Source: Anthoceros angustus (Eukaryota > Plantae > Anthocerotophyta). Taken from it: 64,000 bases of DNA. How positions within the stretch are numbered: position 1 is the first letter of the stretch; the number at the start of each line of letters is the position of its first letter. The DNA lies in the NCBI GenBank assembly GCA_010909165.1, contig MU008213.1, positions 1 through 64,000 of the forward strand, in the 5' to 3' direction. The notes beneath the pieces are model-generated. The model saw only the letters and a program-made list of their open reading frames with translations, was not told where the DNA came from and searched no databases. The position numbers were made by a program, and so were the translations under genes. Below are positions 59,846-64,000 of this stretch, in pieces.

Positions 59846-62569
59846 AGATCAATCGGTGGTTTCCATGCCCGCGGTTGCGTTCTTGTGTCGAGATTGGGCA
59901 AGTGGCACGGTGCCGGTGCCATGCTCCAACGCCCATCTTGCCCTTCCAACTCAATCACCCTTGCTCACCGCGTGGACTACCGCAGATCAAGCGTCGGTGC
60001 TCACATCTAAAGTAGTTGAGGGTCGATCACGCAGTAAACTCACGCCTCAAACTTCCTTGCTTTGGGTTTCCAGATCCTCCACAGTGAATGCATATCGTTG
60101 GTCCCGATGTTGGGCTATAGCAAGATTATCCATGGCCATTGGCATCACACGTTAAACAGCTTGCTCTTGCTTGCAATTCGACAAACATCCCATAGGATCC
60201 ACATGTCCGATCCACGGGCTTGGAGTAAGTGTACGCTACTATGTTGGCATGATTGCATTTCGGCCAAACATGATGTAGTAGGGGCGAAGTTACCAAGCGG
60301 CTTGTACCGATTCGATATCCTAGAGCTACATAGGCAATAGCTCGTCCCGAATCGGGTTCTATCTCCATACAATATTTGCAGAGAGTCCTTGAAGGTGCGG
60401 ACTAAACGCCCGCCAACACTGCGGGTGATCCGGGAGGTTCGCTGATCTATCGGACTTGATCCGATGCTTGAAACTCTCCTCGAAACTCATTGCCTTGGTC
60501 ATCAACACCTCGCACTGCCGTACGAGAACACATTGCAAAAGCCTGCGCGGTATATTGCGAACCGGTGGCGAAGGCCAACTCCACCCGCCATGTTCGATCA
60601 TCAACATACAATGTCATGTTGCCGACACGTGGTAGTTCGCATTAGATCAACGAGACCATCGAAGAAAAGTCCCGATGGGTAGCAGATGCAACACCATATC
60701 TTGGGTGGAGAATCGGCCTTTCTTGCATCACAGCGGCATTGGCCACCACCTTTTCAGCATACATGCCCACCAAAGTACGCATTTTCAACATATGATGAGT
60801 CCTTCACTCCAAAGTGGCCAAGCGTGACATGTACCTTAGTCACCAATTGCTTCCTTTCTCCTATGGGTGGTACTTCCTTGAGCACTCCACGATCCGTGAC
60901 CCACACCTTACCGTTTTCATAAGTGTGCGATTTTCCGTTGTAGTTTTTGCAGCTGAGGCATCCATACGGGACACTCCATCCGTGGTGTATAGCTTGCTCA
61001 TTCTTCCATATGTCTCTTCCTCCCTCGGCCCATTGCCTTCCATCTTCACTGTTACAGACATCGAGGCCATGTAATAGCGGGCATGCTTTGAGTGAGTTTA
61101 AAGTCCTGCCTTGCTCCAATCACATCTCCTTTATCGCACATTGGGTTTCTCACGAGGGCCGTCGGCATTGAGATGCACTTTACCCTTCGGACTGTCACGC
61201 ATGTCATATTCGGCGATGGCGCCCATCGGGCAAGTTTTCCTCATTTCATTTGTCATCAGCCGGTGAAGGGCTGATGATGTTGACAAGTTAAGCTCACCAA
61301 ACAAATACACGAAATGTAAAACCGCCCAAAGCGCAGGCATTCCCTTCATCGATGAGTAGTTTGCTTCCGCGGCATTGTTGGACCTACTTGCATATCGACA
61401 ACTCGCTCCTTTCCTTCTTCATACATGCAGGCGGCGGCTCAAGACCAGCACTCCGGTCAAGTATATAAGACAAATGGCTTATCAAAATCGGGCCTTTTGA
61501 GCATTGGCCTTTTCAGGGTTCTTCAACTCACCTTAAGCCTCTTCTGCTTGTCCCCATCGCCAAGGCACTCCTTCTTGAGCAATTCATACGATTCTTGCAT
61601 ATCTTTGCTCATGTTTCGGACAAACCGGCGGTAATAATGACAAGTCCCGAAATGCCCTTAAAGGCAATGTCTCTAGGCGGGCATGAGATCAATTGCCCGC
61701 ACCTTGGTGAGGCAACACCCCACAGAACTATCTTATGCCCCAAGTACTCTATCTCCTTGTAAGCAAACTTGCATTTCTTTGGGTGTGCCTTCAACCCTGA
61801 TTTGGCCAATCTTCCAAAATCTCAAGGTGTTGGAGATGTTCTTCCAGTACATCGAACACTAAGATGTCATCGATGTAACATCTTACAAACGATCCACAGA
61901 ACTCCAAATCGACCACCAGCTGAAAATAAATGGATGCGTTTTCAAACCAAATGGCATTGTTTCCCACTCCACTGGTCCTTACCCCAAAAGCGGTCTTGCA
62001 CTTGTCTCTTTCTTGATGACTATTTGATTGAATCGACCGAAATCAATGTAGTGAAATACTTGGCCAAATGGCATCAAAGATTTCATCCGGCGTTGGCATG
62101 GGATATCGCTCCATGGGTGTCACCTCATTCAAAGCACGATAGTCTCCACATCCTTCTGTCGTTCCATTCGCCATTCTCGTCCTTTTTCGAACCACAGGTT
62201 GCGCATTGAGGTAGACTTCGATTAGTCCATTCGACTCCTTACATCTCCTATCCACAATGTCCCACTCCATGGGACTCAACCTGCCCCTTCGAAACACGGC
62301 TCATTGGTGGTAGTGGTGATCTTGAACTTGATACGATCATACCGCTCAGCCAGCTAGCGAAGGTGTGCGATTCACAGATATCCCGAATCTTACATTGATC
62401 GGACTTCTTCTAACTCTTCGCATATCGCCACTCATGTGTTGAGTTTCTGTGTTCTCTCTTGTGTCACGGTCCTGCGGTTCGCGTATGACCTCCTTTGTGT
62501 ATTGTATTGGAAACTCGCCTTCTTCAAGCGATGTGATGCGCATCACCTCGCCACATGCACATATCTATT

Positions 62570-63450
62570 GTGTGGCAGACCCACGTTCAACCCATTGCAG
62601 GCGGATCAAACGCTTGACCCCTTGCATCGATATGTTTGAAATGCCCCGTGATGGTCCGTCGCATCAAACCCCATGGCCCTTTCGCTCCATCAGTGGGCTC
62701 ACCTACCTCATTTCCAACGAGATCCACCACGGTGCCGTCCGCCTCTCGAAGGCATAAGATTGGGGTCCTTACGAGTGTGGGCGGGCCCCTTCGGCTTCCC
62801 AACCTTATTCTGAAATCGTGGAGGTTTGTCCATCTTCCGCATGGTGTGATCGTCCGCCTTTTCTAAGATATCATCCACATATTGTTTCTCTGGTTTGGTC
62901 AACTCACGGTGTTGCAGAACCTCTACAGTCACGTTTGTCCAAAACTTGCACCGGTGGGCATATGAGCGTTTGCATCAATAATGAATTCCTCTCCTATCCA
63001 ACCGGGCTGCTCGTAGCCTCCTCCCATGTTCACGCTTATCGAATGCTCCGCACATTTCCAGACGTCAGCCAAGTGGGATTGATTGGCTGTACTTCCTTGA
63101 ATCCCGTTACTTACTGCCCACTTCCACCGTCACCCTTTCCACAACCGCCGGAAAACGTCTTGCATTCCCATCTGAAGCTGACATATCGTGGCACTGGCCG
63201 CTTCGGTATCGTTCCCTGTCGACATCATGGGGTAACGCCTCGACATCCCTTCACGCCTCCATGCTTAATAGTCCGGGATACGCCTTTGCATCCCGATGAT
63301 CCTAGATTTAGCGGCACGCGTGCCTTCTCGCACTTCACACACGTGTATTTCCTCACCCATTCCACTCTTCAATCTGCTTCAAGCCCATCGATCCCGACTC
63401 CATGAGGTGTATACCTCGCTCGTCGGTTGCCACCGAATCACATCCGTATT
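62570..63450 (-). pseudogene. DNMT3-like methyltransferase domain of Gypsy element 2 (heavily frameshifted)
   Basis: NTDVIRWQP (cf. NTQVITWRP); WEC at ~63170-63162; ENV at ~63058-63051; AHR..FWTNV ~62960-62931; SYAF, GEPT..ER..AMGFDA, GQAFD ~62710-62606. Confidence 0.8.
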
Positions 63451-64000
63451 GATCCTTAAGCGGCTGCCCCTCTAACTGGCAAGCATTTTTCGGACACACA
63501 TCGGTGGCTGCCACCTTAGCTTTGTCGGGTGAGCTCCCGGGCCAAAGCTTTCGGCAGCGGGGGTTTTTTTACATACATACACTGCTTTGGCGCTCCTCAC
63601 CACTCCTCTTCACTTGAGTTCACGTTTCTTCCCATACCACTTGCACTGCAATGCTATCGGGTGAATGCAATCATGCTGTCGATCTCGGCATGTCGCCTCA
63701 TATCAAGCGGAATCACACTTGTGAAGTCCCCATCCCGCCATCGCTATATAAAATGCTTCAGTGTAACGGATCTACCCCATTCTTTGGGCGTGCATGGCAT
63801 CCCATTAGCGACACATCGTAATTCCTTGCGTTAGACGACACCAAGCAATGAACTTGATGAGGCATCCTTTGTGCACGGCTTGAACTCTATGCGTCTTGGC
63901 TCACAGTCATTCCCATCACCGTTCCTTGGTTCCTGGATGTGGTAATGTGCACTTCACATGGCTTAAGCTTATCCCGTGTCTGGAGGCCTTACATGCCCCG

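Larger units (their letters stand above)
57500..64000 (-). mobile_element. Ty3/Gypsy element 2 of the DNMT+PHD family (runs off the window edge)
   Basis: Minus-strand order DNMT - RT (CYIDDI ~61864-61881) - RNase H - integrase (HVTLGHFGVK; MPMAMDNLAIAQHR) - PHD, colinear with element 1. The 3' LTR probably lies at ~57.5-58.2 kb but was not resolved. Confidence 0.85.

Overview
Eukaryotic, repeat-dominated plant DNA with one host gene: a 3-exon B-class GATA transcription factor (minus strand, 34376-36516) carrying both a HAN motif and an LLM motif. That combination suggests a non-seed land plant (inference). Almost everything else is LTR retrotransposon. From 6259 to 31085 there is a three-level nest: Copia-A (+, TSD GGGAC, TA..TA LTR ends) contains Copia-B (-, TSD ACAAG), which contains a Ty3/Gypsy element. 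The most notable signal is this Gypsy element. It encodes a complete DNMT3-like C5 cytosine methyltransferase domain between protease and RT, has a PHD finger after the integrase, and shows a Tf1-like self-priming signature instead of a tRNA PBS. A second, diverged copy of the same DNMT+PHD Gypsy family lies on the minus strand at ~57.5-64 kb. Also present: chromovirus-type LTRs on both sides of the GATA gene, an Athila-like Gypsy with uncharacterised accessory ORFs, a truncated Copia-C, a pogo/CENP-B fragment, 5S-rRNA-like fragments, minisatellites, and a ~530 bp bacterial-looking segment next to the only N (probably contamination). Caveat: several elements carry very dense small indels typical of noisy long-read consensus, so frameshifts may be errors rather than real decay. 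All domain calls are by eye from motifs; no searches were run.
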